A stretch of DNA of 64,000 bases. It comes from Chloroflexota bacterium (GTDB lineage: Bacteria; Chloroflexota; UBA11872; VXNJ01). The notes below the pieces were generated by a model. That model did no database searches. It was given only the letters and a program-made list of their open reading frames with translations, and had not been told where the DNA came from. Where the stretch lies: assembly GCA_965261345.1 (NCBI GenBank), contig OZ253449.1, positions 736,001 to 800,000 on the forward strand, given 5' to 3'. This document shows, piece by piece, positions 48,003-57,969 of this stretch; within the stretch, counting starts at the first letter, position 1, and each line of letters starts with the position of its first letter. The translations under genes and the position numbers were made by a program.

Positions 48003-48929
48003 TTACATCTGCGCGTTGCGGACCGAAAAATACGAACCCAGAGTCCCGATAACCAGACCCATCAATACGATGAAAAATGCCAAATTGACCCAGAACAGTC
48101 CGGCCGTCCGCACCGGTAGGAACGAGATTAGGGAGTTGACGACCGGCACTACCTGGATGTAGACAATCAGGGTAAGCAGGGCCGCGATGACCGATCCGAC
48201 AAATCCGATAACCGCCCCCTCGATCAGGAACGGACCGCGTACGAACCAATCGGTGGCCCCCAGCAGCTTCATGACCTCGATTTCCCGCCGGCGTGAATGC
48301 ACCGCCAGGCGGATGGTGTTGATGATCACCAGCAGGGTCACCAGCGCTAGAAGGACCAGCATCAACGCCCCGCCGATCGTAACCAGGCGGGAGGCTGTCA
48401 AAAGCCTCGATATGACGTCGGCCCGCACCAGCACCTCGTCGACATGTTCGGATTCGGAGCGGAATTCCTCGGCCAGGATCAGTATGTTCTCTGGATCCTC
48501 CATGCGCACCTCGATCGAGGCCGGGAGGGGGTTTTCGCCAATCACATCGAGAACTTCGCCCAATTCCGACAGTGACTCGCGCAAATTGTCGGCCGCTTGC
48601 TGCCGAGTCACAAAAATCACCTCGGCCACATCGGGGCGGTCCTTTAGCTCAACAACTTTCTCGGAAATCCAAATCGGCGAGGCGTCATCTTGCAGATAGA
48701 CCACCATGTTGGTCCGACGCCCCAATGCGTCGACCATTCGCTCAAGGGTGTCGTTGGCGGCCAGAAACAGGCCAAACACCAGCAACATCACGGTGGTGGT
48801 AATGATCGCCGCGACGGTGGTCAGGCGATTGCGCCACATCGATGAAAAGGCGGCCGCCGCAACGTATTGGAGGGTGTGGACGCTATTCATCCGTCTGGTC
48901 GTCCGATGCGCGCTGCGGGTCTCCGTCAT
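48003..48929 (-). CDS. ftsX: Cell division permease FtsX (start uncertain: 48977, 48929 or 48890)
   Basis: WRNR, VYL, NPLPASIEV, NTIRLAVHSRRREIEVMKLLGATDWFVRGPFLIEG. Confidence 0.95.
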   Translation of the reverse strand: MTETRSAHRTTRRMNSVHTLQYVAAAAFSSMWRNRLTTVAAIITTTVMLLVFGLFLAANDTLERMVDALGRRTNMVVYLQDDASPIWISEKVVELKDRPDVAEVIFVTRQQAADNLRESLSELGEVLDVIGENPLPASIEVRMEDPENILILAEEFRSESEHVDEVLVRADVISRLLTASRLVTIGGALMLVLLALVTLLVIINTIRLAVHSRRREIEVMKLLGATDWFVRGPFLIEGAVIGFVGSVIAALLTLIVYIQVVPVVNSLISFLPVRTAGLFWVNLAFFIVLMGLVIGTLGSYFSVRNAQM

Positions 48930-49605
48930 AACCGGCTCGGATTTCATCACGCAGTACTCGGCCGCCGGACAGCTCAACTACCCGCTGGCGCAGCGAGTTG
49001 ACCAACTCCCGGTTGTGAGTGGCAACGATTACGGTGGTTCCCAGATCGGAAATCCGCAGCAACAACGAAATCGTGTCGCGGGCGATATCCGGGTCCAAAT
49101 TGCCGGTTGGCTCATCGGCGATCACGATCGGCGGCTTGGTGACCAGGCAGCGGGCGATCGCAACCCGCTGCTGCTCTCCGCCCGAGAGCTGGAACGGGTA
49201 ATCATCGATCCGATTGGCAAGCGACACGGTAGCCAAAGCTTCGCGCACCCGCCGTTGGGCGGAATGATCATAACCGCCGGTTACGCGTAGCGCGAATGCG
49301 ACGTTTTCGCCAACCGTGTGTTGGCTCAGCAATTTGAAGTCTTGGAAGACAACTCCCACCCGACGACGCAACTGCGGTATCTGCGAACGCGACATCCGGG
49401 CGGTGTTGACGCCGTCAATGTAGATCGCCCCGCTTGAGGGGATAAGGTCGCGGTTGAGTAGGTGGATCAACGTCGTCTTGCCGGCCCCCGATGATCCGAC
49501 CATGAATACGAATTCGCCCTGGCGAACGGTCAGATTCAGCTCACGCAGGGCGCGTTCGCCACCCGGATAGCGGTATTCGACGTTGCGGGCAACGATGATC
49601 GGCAT
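48883..49605 (-). CDS. ftsE: Cell division ATP-binding protein FtsE (canonical; possible N-terminal extension)
   Basis: [58 protein letters not shown]. Confidence 0.93.
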   Translation of the reverse strand: MPIIVARNVEYRYPGGERALRELNLTVRQGEFVFMVGSSGAGKTTLIHLLNRDLIPSSGAIYIDGVNTARMSRSQIPQLRRRVGVVFQDFKLLSQHTVGENVAFALRVTGGYDHSAQRRVREALATVSLANRIDDYPFQLSGGEQQRVAIARCLVTKPPIVIADEPTGNLDPDIARDTISLLLRISDLGTTVIVATHNRELVNSLRQRVVELSGGRVLRDEIRAGYDGDPQRASDDQTDE

Positions 49606-49744
49606 GCGACCGACCCCATAAAGGGCGTCGGCCAGCTCCAATGCCTCCTCCGGAGTGGCCGCGATCGGCTGGTCAGGAGGATTCGCGTTCAATTGGGGCG
49701 AGAGTTGGTCACGGGGAGGATGGGGTCGGCCCGATTCGCCAACA

Positions 49745-50908
49745 TCATAGGTCGCAGACCGTGCGTTCAACCAGGTGATCGACAACCCGCGCTAGCGCGA
49801 CATCACGCGACTCACCATCGGCCATCGCAGAGTTGAAAATCCGCAGCTGATTGTGTGCGCTGGTGCCGCGTTCGGTGATTGTGCGGAGGTGCTCAACCTG
49901 CGCAAGGCAATCGAAGGCATCGGCATCCGGCCGGATCAATTCGAGCAGTTCTTCGTTTAAAGCCTTGCAGGTTTTGATCTCACCCTGCCCGAAATCAAAC
50001 AGCCCGCCGTCGAGCCCGTATCGCTGCGCACGCCAGCGGTTTTCGCTAATGAGCAGATTCGGATACTGCCGCCAGCGCAGATTCGAGTGGCGCAGGCGAA
50101 CCAGCATGGACAACACGCAGCGGAATACGGCGGCCACGCAGATGGCGTCGTCCAGATACGTGCAAATGTCGGTGATTCGCATCTCGATAGTGGGAAAAAG
50201 CGCACTCGGGCGCACATCCCACCAGATCTTGGTGGCGTCCTCGATCACACCCACTCTTTGCAGGACCGCCAGACTTTGCTCGTAGTCGGCAAAGCTTTCA
50301 AATCGGTCGGGCAATCCGGTCCGCGGCAGCTCGGAGAAGACACTGGTCCGATAGGACATGAGGCCCGTGTTTTCGCCCTCCCAGAACGGCGACGAGGTGC
50401 TCGCGCACAGGAGGTGGGGTAGAAAGTAGCAGATCTGGTTGAGCAGGTCGATCCGCAAGTCGTCATCATCGATCCCGACGTGGACATGCATCCCGCCGAT
50501 CAGGGATCGGGCGCCTACAGCCTGCAGTTCGTCGCCGAGCAGCTGGTAGCGGGGTTTGTCAGAGAATTTCTGGTTCCGCCAGTTGGCAAACGGATGGGTT
50601 GATGCGGCGATCGGGGCCATCTCAAATTGGCCGGCAATTTCGGCTACGCTGGTCCGCAGGGCGGACAGCTCTTCACGCAGTTGCGGAATCGTCTGGCAGA
50701 CCTTGGTGCCCACCTCGACCTGCGCGGCCATCAGTTCGGAGCTCACCTGCCCGCCCAACCTGGCCTGCAGCGCAGTGATAAATTGCGGCGGGGGTTCAGA
50801 CACCACGTCGCGTGAACCGAGGTCAACGAGCATGTATTCCTCTTCCACGCCGATCGAAAAGCTCGGATTTAGGATTGGCATCAATACTCCTTTCCGGCGG
50901 TCGGCCAC
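49745..50908 (-). CDS. ybdK: YbdK-family carboxylate-amine ligase (glutamate-cysteine ligase 2); ATG 50881 is a likely start
   Basis: IGVEEEY, GMHVHVG, SSPFWEG, IWWDVRP, TIEMRITD. Confidence 0.9.
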   Translation of the reverse strand: MADRRKGVLMPILNPSFSIGVEEEYMLVDLGSRDVVSEPPPQFITALQARLGGQVSSELMAAQVEVGTKVCQTIPQLREELSALRTSVAEIAGQFEMAPIAASTHPFANWRNQKFSDKPRYQLLGDELQAVGARSLIGGMHVHVGIDDDDLRIDLLNQICYFLPHLLCASTSSPFWEGENTGLMSYRTSVFSELPRTGLPDRFESFADYEQSLAVLQRVGVIEDATKIWWDVRPSALFPTIEMRITDICTYLDDAICVAAVFRCVLSMLVRLRHSNLRWRQYPNLLISENRWRAQRYGLDGGLFDFGQGEIKTCKALNEELLELIRPDADAFDCLAQVEHLRTITERGTSAHNQLRIFNSAMADGESRDVALARVVDHLVERTVCDL

Positions 50909-50946
50909 AGATCAGTTGAGCGCAAGGCCGCTCACCTTAACAAAAT

Positions 50947-52668
50947 TCAGCGGCGCCGCGGACCAAAGCGCCGCAGGCGCGGACGGCGCGGCGGCTGGAA
51001 CCGGTCGGGACGCAGGCGATTGAGTTGCCTGAATCGATTAAATCCGAACCCCCGGCTGTGGGACCGCGCCAATCGAGCCACGCCGCTACCTTCAATCGCC
51101 GGCCGAGGGGTTTGCAGGGGAACGATGAATAGACGCCTGGCAGGAAGATCGGGCGAGCCGTCGGCCGCCCGCTGCCTGACTGCAAACTGCGGCGGGCGGC
51201 GGCGGGTCGCCAAGAATCCAATCAGGCCCAGGATGGCGAGCACGGAAACCCCGGTAATTGCCACGAATGACCGGGTGCCCGCGTCGGGTTCGGGCAATTC
51301 GTCGTTACCCAGAATGGTTTCCGCCGCCTCTGCCAGCTCGTCTAGCACCAGCGTCGAAACCGGGGTGCGTTGTTCCTCAGGATTGCTTCCATCCGGTTGT
51401 GTGACCGGGGCCGCAAGCAAATTGTTTTCGCTGCCGGAATCTATCGCCTCGGCGGCCAAACTGGCGAGCCAATCGGCCTCGAGGGTCCCCGAATCAAATC
51501 CGTAGGCTGCCAGCAAAGACTCGTCTTCGGTATTTCCGGCGGCGAACGCAGCCAACAGTTTGCGGATCGAGGCGGCCCCATGGCTATCGATCAAATAGTT
51601 GACCATCGAATAGCTCTGAGCGTAAACCAATGAAATGCCGGCGCGGTCAATCGGCAGGTAGCCGTGCAGGCCACGCAGCGGAATGATCTCGCCATCGCGA
51701 TAGGCGGCGGCAACCTTGGAGTCGTACTTGTCGCCGCCGTCCACCTGGGAGTCGATCCAGGTGGCCAACCCCTCGTGGATCCAGGTTGGCAACGGACCCC
51801 ACGGGCCGCGCAGGTTTTGGTCAATTGCGGCATGGGTCAATTCATGCGCCAGCACCCCGTGAAGGGTCAGTTGACTGGGGTAATTCTGCTCCAGATCGCT
51901 CTGATCAGCCTGCAGCATGATCAATTCGTAGGCGCTAATCCAGATGCCCTTGAGCCCCGAATCGGGGGCCTCGTCCAGGATCGCGTAGAAGTCCTCGTAG
52001 GTCGGGTAGATGACGATCTTGGCCTGCCGCGGGAGCGTGAGTCCCAATTGGCGCTCGATCAGATCCATCGAATCGACCACAGCCATCAGCGCGGCCGGCC
52101 CGACGTCGGGATCATTGCCGTAGAAAAATACCCGAACCCGCGGATCGGATTGAACCCGCCACGGCCTATCGGGAGTAACCAGTAAAACCGACCGCTGTGC
52201 GGTGACGTGATTGACTCCCTCGGCATCCGTGAACCTCCACTGATAGTGGAATTCCAGACCGGTCCACAAGTCGCCCAGCAAGTCGAGCTCAAAAAGGGCG
52301 GCCAAACGGTCCTGATTTCGGACCGTTTCGACAAATTCGATGTGGGTCCAGGCGCGTTCGGGCAGTTGCAGCAGGATCGCCGCCCCGACCGGATCGGGTC
52401 CGGACCAGGGTACCTCTACATAGAGTTCGACGACGTCGGAGTCAAATCGCGGATATTCGCGCAGCGCCACCGGGTCGATCGTTTGCTCGGGGCCGAGGGC
52501 CCGGGCAACTGGCGCGGATACCCAAACGAGGCCAAGGAAGGCAAGCACGATAAAAACCGCCCACCCCTGCTGTAACCGGGGTAGCAGATCAGTGTTCATG
52601 CGGAAATTTGGCAATGCTGTTGGTGACCGAGATTCCTCGCGGCAGGCGGGGTCGGTGGGACTGCTCAA
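50947..52668 (-). CDS. Membrane-anchored MA-clan (gluzincin) metallopeptidase (start may be ATG 52599)
   Basis: Signal/TM helix, AHELTH, PTWIHEGLA, YAQSYSMV, C-terminal TM helix. Confidence 0.8.
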   Translation of the reverse strand: MSSPTDPACREESRSPTALPNFRMNTDLLPRLQQGWAVFIVLAFLGLVWVSAPVARALGPEQTIDPVALREYPRFDSDVVELYVEVPWSGPDPVGAAILLQLPERAWTHIEFVETVRNQDRLAALFELDLLGDLWTGLEFHYQWRFTDAEGVNHVTAQRSVLLVTPDRPWRVQSDPRVRVFFYGNDPDVGPAALMAVVDSMDLIERQLGLTLPRQAKIVIYPTYEDFYAILDEAPDSGLKGIWISAYELIMLQADQSDLEQNYPSQLTLHGVLAHELTHAAIDQNLRGPWGPLPTWIHEGLATWIDSQVDGGDKYDSKVAAAYRDGEIIPLRGLHGYLPIDRAGISLVYAQSYSMVNYLIDSHGAASIRKLLAAFAAGNTEDESLLAAYGFDSGTLEADWLASLAAEAIDSGSENNLLAAPVTQPDGSNPEEQRTPVSTLVLDELAEAAETILGNDELPEPDAGTRSFVAITGVSVLAILGLIGFLATRRRPPQFAVRQRAADGSPDLPARRLFIVPLQTPRPAIEGSGVARLARSHSRGFGFNRFRQLNRLRPDRFQPPRRPRLRRFGPRRR

Positions 52669-52778
52669 CGGCGCGGCGGCACATGGTTGGCCATCGTCGA
52701 TATTTAAGTTTCGTTTACGGTCGAGGTGCCCGAAATCGGGTTGGTGTGAACCAGTGATTGCCCAATCGCCGGATCGGT

Positions 52779-53874
52779 TTAAGCAACCGCGGCGCGCAGG
52801 TAGGAGTTGATGAGGTCGTCCAGGTCGCCATCGAGAACCGCCGGCGCATTGCTAGTTTCGTAATTGGTCCGTAGATCTTTCACCGAGCGGTAAGGATGGA
52901 GCACGTAGGAGCGGATCTGGTTGCCAAAGTCGGCATTGAGCTGGCCCCCGGCCAATTTGGCGCGGGCAGCGTTTTGCTCGGTTAGGCGGATTTGATAGAT
53001 TCGTGCCGCCAGCAGCTTCCAGGCCGTCTCTCGGTTTTTAATCTGCGAGCGCGAATTCTGACAGCTGGCGGTAATCCCGGTGGGTAGGTGCGTGATCCGC
53101 ACCGCCGAATCCGTCTTATTTACGTGTTGCCCACCAGCACCACCGGATTTGAACGTGTCAATCCGTACCTGGTCGCGCGGGATTTCCAGGTCGATCGTCT
53201 GCGATAGCTCGGGCAACACTTCGACCTTGGCAAAGGACGTATGGCGGCGCGCGCCGGAATCAAACGGCGAGATCCTCACCAGGCGGTGAACTCCGTGCTC
53301 GGACTTGAGGAACCCGTAGGCCAGCCGGCCGGCCAGCCGGAGGGTCACCGATTTGATCCCGGCTTCCTCGGCCGGGAGCAGATCCAACACCTCGGCCTGG
53401 TAGTCCCGGCGCTCACCGTAGCGCAGGTACATCCGCATCAGCATTTCCGCCCAATCCTGCGATTCAGTGCCGCCCGCCCCGGGCGCAATCGTCAACAGCG
53501 CGTTGGCTTGATCGTGTTCGCCGGACATTGCCAATTCGAACCGGTCAGCTTCAATCTGTTTGGCCAGTCCCGCCAGTGAATCGGTCACCTCACGGGCCAC
53601 CTGGGCGTCCTCCTCGGCCATAAGGGCCAGGTCGGCAAGATCCTGCAACTCGCGTTCACGCCGACCCCAGACATCTAGCTCGGCGCGCAGGCCGGAGAGC
53701 TCGCGCATGGTTCCGGCGGCGGCCTGGGAATCACGCCAAAAATCAGCGGCAGCCGACAGTGTCGCCAGCGCTTCTACCCGCCGTGCCTTGCCGGCATGGT
53801 CAAAGACGCCCCCTTATGTCATCAACCTCAGAAAGAAGAGCCCGCGCCCGTTCGGCCATCCCGGAACCGCTCAT
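52779..53874 (-). CDS. prfB: Peptide chain release factor 2 with programmed +1 frameshift
   Basis: SPF and GGQ motifs. The upstream short frame MSGSGMAERARALLSEVDDIRGRL ends in CTT-TGA-C and continues in the +1 frame (DHAGKARR...DFWRD). Confidence 0.96.
53799..53815 (-). promoter_or_regulatory. RF2 frameshift cassette
   Basis: AAGGGGG-CGT-CTTTGAC: internal SD, 3-nt spacer, slippery CTT-T and TGA-C. Confidence 0.95.
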
Positions 53875-53901
53875 TGCCAAACCGCGGCGATCATCGCCAA
53901 G

Positions 53902-56454
53902 CTAGGCCCGCGTCCGCGAGCGGCGACGGCGGGTACGACGCTGGGCGGCCCGCCGTTGCGAGCGGTTGGGGCCGGCTGCCGCTCGCGCCGGTCTGGCCCG
54001 CCCCTCCGAGGGGGCCTGGGACCGTCCCGCCTTCCCGCGCTCGGTGGTCAGCACGCTTTCGCGAGCCACCTGGGCGGACGGCTGAAGACGGAAAAAGCGC
54101 AGCAGCGCCTCGCGGCGCACCGCCGACTGCAGGCTGGCAAACATCCCGAACGCCTGCCGGCGGAATTCAACCAGCGGATTCTGCTGGCCGATTGCAACCA
54201 GCCCGATTCCCTGGCGCAGTTCCTCTACCGCAGTCAGATGCTCAACCCACAACAGATCGAGCGACTGGATTAGGATCCAACGCAGCGCGGGCGCCCGCTG
54301 CGCCTCGTCAAGGACCGCCATCTTCGCCTCCAGGGCGGACTTGGCTGCACGGTCAAAGGCTGCGGTTATCTGTTCCCGTTCACGGTCAATTAGGGCCTCG
54401 GCATCAATCCGTTCGGGGAGATTTAGCAGTGCCGATATATTGCGCGCGGCTTCGGATATTTCCGCGGGATCCGATTCGGCGCCCAGGTCGTGACTGGAAA
54501 TTACCGCTTCGATCTCAACATCTAGCATCTCGCGCAGCTGTGCATCGGGGTCCAGTTGACCCAGATATCCAGCCCGTTGCCCGTAGACGACCTGGCGCTG
54601 CCGGTTTATCACGTCATCGAACTCGACTACGTGGCGACGGACGTCGAAATTCTGCGATTCCACTCGGCTTTGTGCCGACTCGATTGAACGGGTAATGATG
54701 CCGTTCTCTATCGGCACGTCATCGGCGATCCCCAGCCGCTCCATCACGCTGGCGACCCGATCGGATCGAAACCGCAACATGAGCTCATCTTCGAGCGATA
54801 CGAAAAAGCGCGATTCGCCGGGGTCGCCCTGGCGTCCCGATCGCCCGCGCAGTTGGTTGTCGATTCGCCGCGACTCATGCCGATCGGTGCCAAGCACGAA
54901 CAATCCGCCCAGTTCGGCCACCCCGGGATCGAGTTTGATATCGGTCCCCCGCCCGGCCATGTTGGTGGCGATCGTTACTGCCGATTTTTTTCCGGCTTCG
55001 GCCACGATTTCAGCTTCCTTGGCATGAAAGCGCGCGCTCAGGACCTGATGTTGAATCCGCTCGGCCGCCAGCAGCCGGCTCAGCTCATCGGACGCCTCAA
55101 CCGAGGCGGTGCCAACCAGAACCGGACGCTCGTGGCGGTGTTGGGCGGCGATTTCGCGAATTACTGCGCGGTTCTTGCCGATCTTGCTCTTAAATACCAG
55201 GTCAGTTCGATCCTGACGGATCATCAGGGCGTTGGTGGGAACCTCGCGCACCTGCAAGCCGTAGATCTTGTGCAGCTCCTCTTCTTCAGTCTTGGCGGTG
55301 CCGGTCATCCCCGAGAGCTTGGCATAAGACCGGAACAGGTTCTGGAAGGTGATCGTGGCCATCGTGCGGGTTTCAGCTTGGATCTGCACCTGCTCCTTGG
55401 CCTCGATCGCCTGATGCAGCCCCTCGCCGAAACGGCGGCCGTGCATCATTCGCCCGGTAAATTCATCAACGATTACTACCTGGGCGCGCGCATCGCGCGA
55501 ATCGACCACCGAGCCGTCGCGGAACAGCACATAGTCACGGTCCCGGAAGTAGAGTGCCTTGGCCCGCAGGGCCTGCTGCAAATAATGGAGCAGTTGGTAG
55601 TTGCCCTCGGCATATATGTTGTCGATACCAAGGCGCCGCTCAAGGCGATCGATCGCCGTGTCAGTGGGAACGACCGCGCGTTGTTTGTGGTCAATTTCAA
55701 AATCTGTGCCCTCCCGGAAATCTCCAACCAGGCCGGCGAAGTTTCGATAAAGAGCGGTCGACTCCGAAACCTGGCCCGAGATGATCAACGGCGTGCGGGC
55801 CTCGTCGATGAGGATGTTGTCGACCTCGTCGACGATTGCGAAGTTGAGCTGTCGCTGAACCCGGTCGGCCAGCTGCTGGACCATGTTGTCACGCAGGTAG
55901 TCGAAACCGATTTCGTTGTTGGTCCCGTAGGTCACGTCGCAGGCATAGGCGGCTCGACGGGAAGCCGGGTCACTCTCGGCGGTAACCACCCCGACGCTTA
56001 ACCCCAGGCGCTCCAAAATCGGCCCCATCCAGTCACGGTCGCGGCGGGCCAAATAATCGTTGACCGTAACGATGTGCACGCCGTTGCCGGGAAGGGCGTT
56101 CAGGTAGGCGGCCAGGGGCGCAGCGTAAGTTTTGCCCTCACCGGTCTTCATTTCGGCAATCGCGCCTTCATGGAGCACCGCGGCACCCACGATCTGCACG
56201 TCAAACTGGCGATCGCCGATAGTTCGGGCGGTGGACTCGCGCACCGCCGCAAAGGCGTCGGCCTGCAACTGGTTGAGGTTCCGCCCATTTTTAAATTGCT
56301 CGCGCAGACGGGCGCTAACTGCTGCCAGGGTGGCCTCGTCCATGGCCCGGTAGCGGTCGGCTAGCTCGTTTACCTGTTCGCACAGGCGGCGATGGCGGCG
56401 CATCGTCTTGTCTGGCCCTTCACGCCAAAGGCCGGTTAGCTTACTTAGCATCAT
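53902..56454 (-). CDS. secA: Preprotein translocase ATPase SecA
   Basis: EMKTGEGKT, VTVNDYLA, VDEVDNILIDEARTPLIISG, TNMAGRGTDI, QLRGRSGRQGDPG. Confidence 0.98.
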   Translation of the reverse strand: MMLSKLTGLWREGPDKTMRRHRRLCEQVNELADRYRAMDEATLAAVSARLREQFKNGRNLNQLQADAFAAVRESTARTIGDRQFDVQIVGAAVLHEGAIAEMKTGEGKTYAAPLAAYLNALPGNGVHIVTVNDYLARRDRDWMGPILERLGLSVGVVTAESDPASRRAAYACDVTYGTNNEIGFDYLRDNMVQQLADRVQRQLNFAIVDEVDNILIDEARTPLIISGQVSESTALYRNFAGLVGDFREGTDFEIDHKQRAVVPTDTAIDRLERRLGIDNIYAEGNYQLLHYLQQALRAKALYFRDRDYVLFRDGSVVDSRDARAQVVIVDEFTGRMMHGRRFGEGLHQAIEAKEQVQIQAETRTMATITFQNLFRSYAKLSGMTGTAKTEEEELHKIYGLQVREVPTNALMIRQDRTDLVFKSKIGKNRAVIREIAAQHRHERPVLVGTASVEASDELSRLLAAERIQHQVLSARFHAKEAEIVAEAGKKSAVTIATNMAGRGTDIKLDPGVAELGGLFVLGTDRHESRRIDNQLRGRSGRQGDPGESRFFVSLEDELMLRFRSDRVASVMERLGIADDVPIENGIITRSIESAQSRVESQNFDVRRHVVEFDDVINRQRQVVYGQRAGYLGQLDPDAQLREMLDVEIEAVISSHDLGAESDPAEISEAARNISALLNLPERIDAEALIDREREQITAAFDRAAKSALEAKMAVLDEAQRAPALRWILIQSLDLLWVEHLTAVEELRQGIGLVAIGQQNPLVEFRRQAFGMFASLQSAVRREALLRFFRLQPSAQVARESVLTTERGKAGRSQAPSEGRARPARAAAGPNRSQRRAAQRRTRRRRSRTRA

Positions 56455-56564
56455 TCGGGTTCTGGGCGATCAATTCACACCGGATCGGCCGGGGTTGGCA
56501 CAAACCTAGCACGACCCGCGGCGTGTCAAACCGTCCGTGAGGGCCGGTTTCCGATTGGGCCGGG

Positions 56565-57896
56565 CTAATAGGGAGCACCGGTATCGCGGGGGTGGAATTC
56601 CCCGAACTCGCGCACGAAGACCGCATCGACTATCCCGGTTTGGCCATGGCGGTGCTTGGCGACCTCGATCTTTAGATCCAAGTTACCGATGTGCGACCGT
56701 TCGTCCTCCTCAGAGTAGAGAAAGATGACGACATCGGAATCCTGTTCGATCGAACCGCTTTCGCGAAGATCTGACAATCGCGGCTTCTGGCCGCCGCGCA
56801 TTTCGATCGCCCGCGAGAGCTGAGCCCCGGCTATCACCGGCACCTCCAACTCGCGCGCCAGTTGTTTTAGCGATCGGGTTATCTGGGAAATCTGCTGCAC
56901 CCGGTTCTCGTGGTCACGGTGCGGCCGCATAAGTTGCAGGTAATCAATGATCACCAGTCCGATGTGGTGATCGAGTTTTAGCCGCCGCGCTTTCGACCGG
57001 AGCTGCAGTTCAGTTAGCGCCGGGGTGTCGTCGAGATATATCGGAAACTCACTCAGATTGCCAGCTTCCGTTCCTATGATTCCAAATTCGGCGTCGGTGA
57101 GATCGGCGTCGCGCAGCTTGGAGGAATCGATTCGGGTCTGCATGCTCAGCAGGCGCTGAGTAAGTTGCCGCGGCGAAACCTCGAGCGTAAAAATTGCCAC
57201 CGGAACCCGGTGCTGCCCGGCCGCCCGCCAAGCCAAGTTGAGCATGAAGGAAGTTTTACCCACCCCGGTGCGGGCGGCGACCGTAATCAGGTCGGACGGT
57301 TGAAACCCGCCGAGCAGCTCGTCCAAGCGAGCAAATCCGGTATGGACCCCGGAGAGTGAATCGCCCTGGTCCTTACGCGCCAGCAAATCGTCAACGTAGG
57401 GCCCCAGCAGTTCGCGAACGTGCTGATAGCTGCCCGAGTCGGTGTTGGCGGCCAGCTGAAACAGAAGTTCCTGGGCGTGCGCTACGACCTCGTCGGCGTC
57501 GGCGCCGCGCTCGTAAGACAAATCGGACAGCGCCCGTGCGCCATCGATTACCTGCCGCAGGATCGCGTTGCGCTTTACGATTTCGGCGTAGTAGCGCACG
57601 TTGAACGAGGTGGGAACCTCATTGGCCAGCACGCTCAAATAGGCAGTGCCACCGGCGCCGTCCAGATTTTCGCCGCGCTCTAGCTCGTCAACTACCAGCA
57701 TCAGGTCGGCCGGCAGGCTACGAGCTGCCAAATTTTCGATCGCCCGATAGATCAATCGGTGCGGCTGGCGGTAAAAATCCCGTTCGGTCAGGAAGTCGGC
57801 GATCCTGGTGATGCCCTGCGGGTCGAGCAGTAGCGAACCCAGAACTGATCGCTCAGCGTCTTCACTATGCGGTGGTGTCCGCAGTTGGGTGCTCAT
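56565..57896 (-). CDS. dnaB: Replicative DNA helicase
   Basis: PPHSEDAE, AARTGVGKT, IIDYLQL, LSDLRESGSIEQD; no intein seen. Confidence 0.97.
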   Translation of the reverse strand: MSTQLRTPPHSEDAERSVLGSLLLDPQGITRIADFLTERDFYRQPHRLIYRAIENLAARSLPADLMLVVDELERGENLDGAGGTAYLSVLANEVPTSFNVRYYAEIVKRNAILRQVIDGARALSDLSYERGADADEVVAHAQELLFQLAANTDSGSYQHVRELLGPYVDDLLARKDQGDSLSGVHTGFARLDELLGGFQPSDLITVAARTGVGKTSFMLNLAWRAAGQHRVPVAIFTLEVSPRQLTQRLLSMQTRIDSSKLRDADLTDAEFGIIGTEAGNLSEFPIYLDDTPALTELQLRSKARRLKLDHHIGLVIIDYLQLMRPHRDHENRVQQISQITRSLKQLARELEVPVIAGAQLSRAIEMRGGQKPRLSDLRESGSIEQDSDVVIFLYSEEDERSHIGNLDLKIEVAKHRHGQTGIVDAVFVREFGEFHPRDTGAPY

Positions 57897-57969
57897 ACGA
57901 GCACCTTAAATTAGATCCCGGCTACGGTAGCGCGGATTGTTCCGCCCGCCACCGGCGAGCCGGCGGCGA

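Noticed and set aside
51200-51320. Sortase LPxTG anchor in the MA peptidase (LPEPD before the TM helix)
   Set aside because: The motif does not fit, and a long cytoplasmic tail follows.
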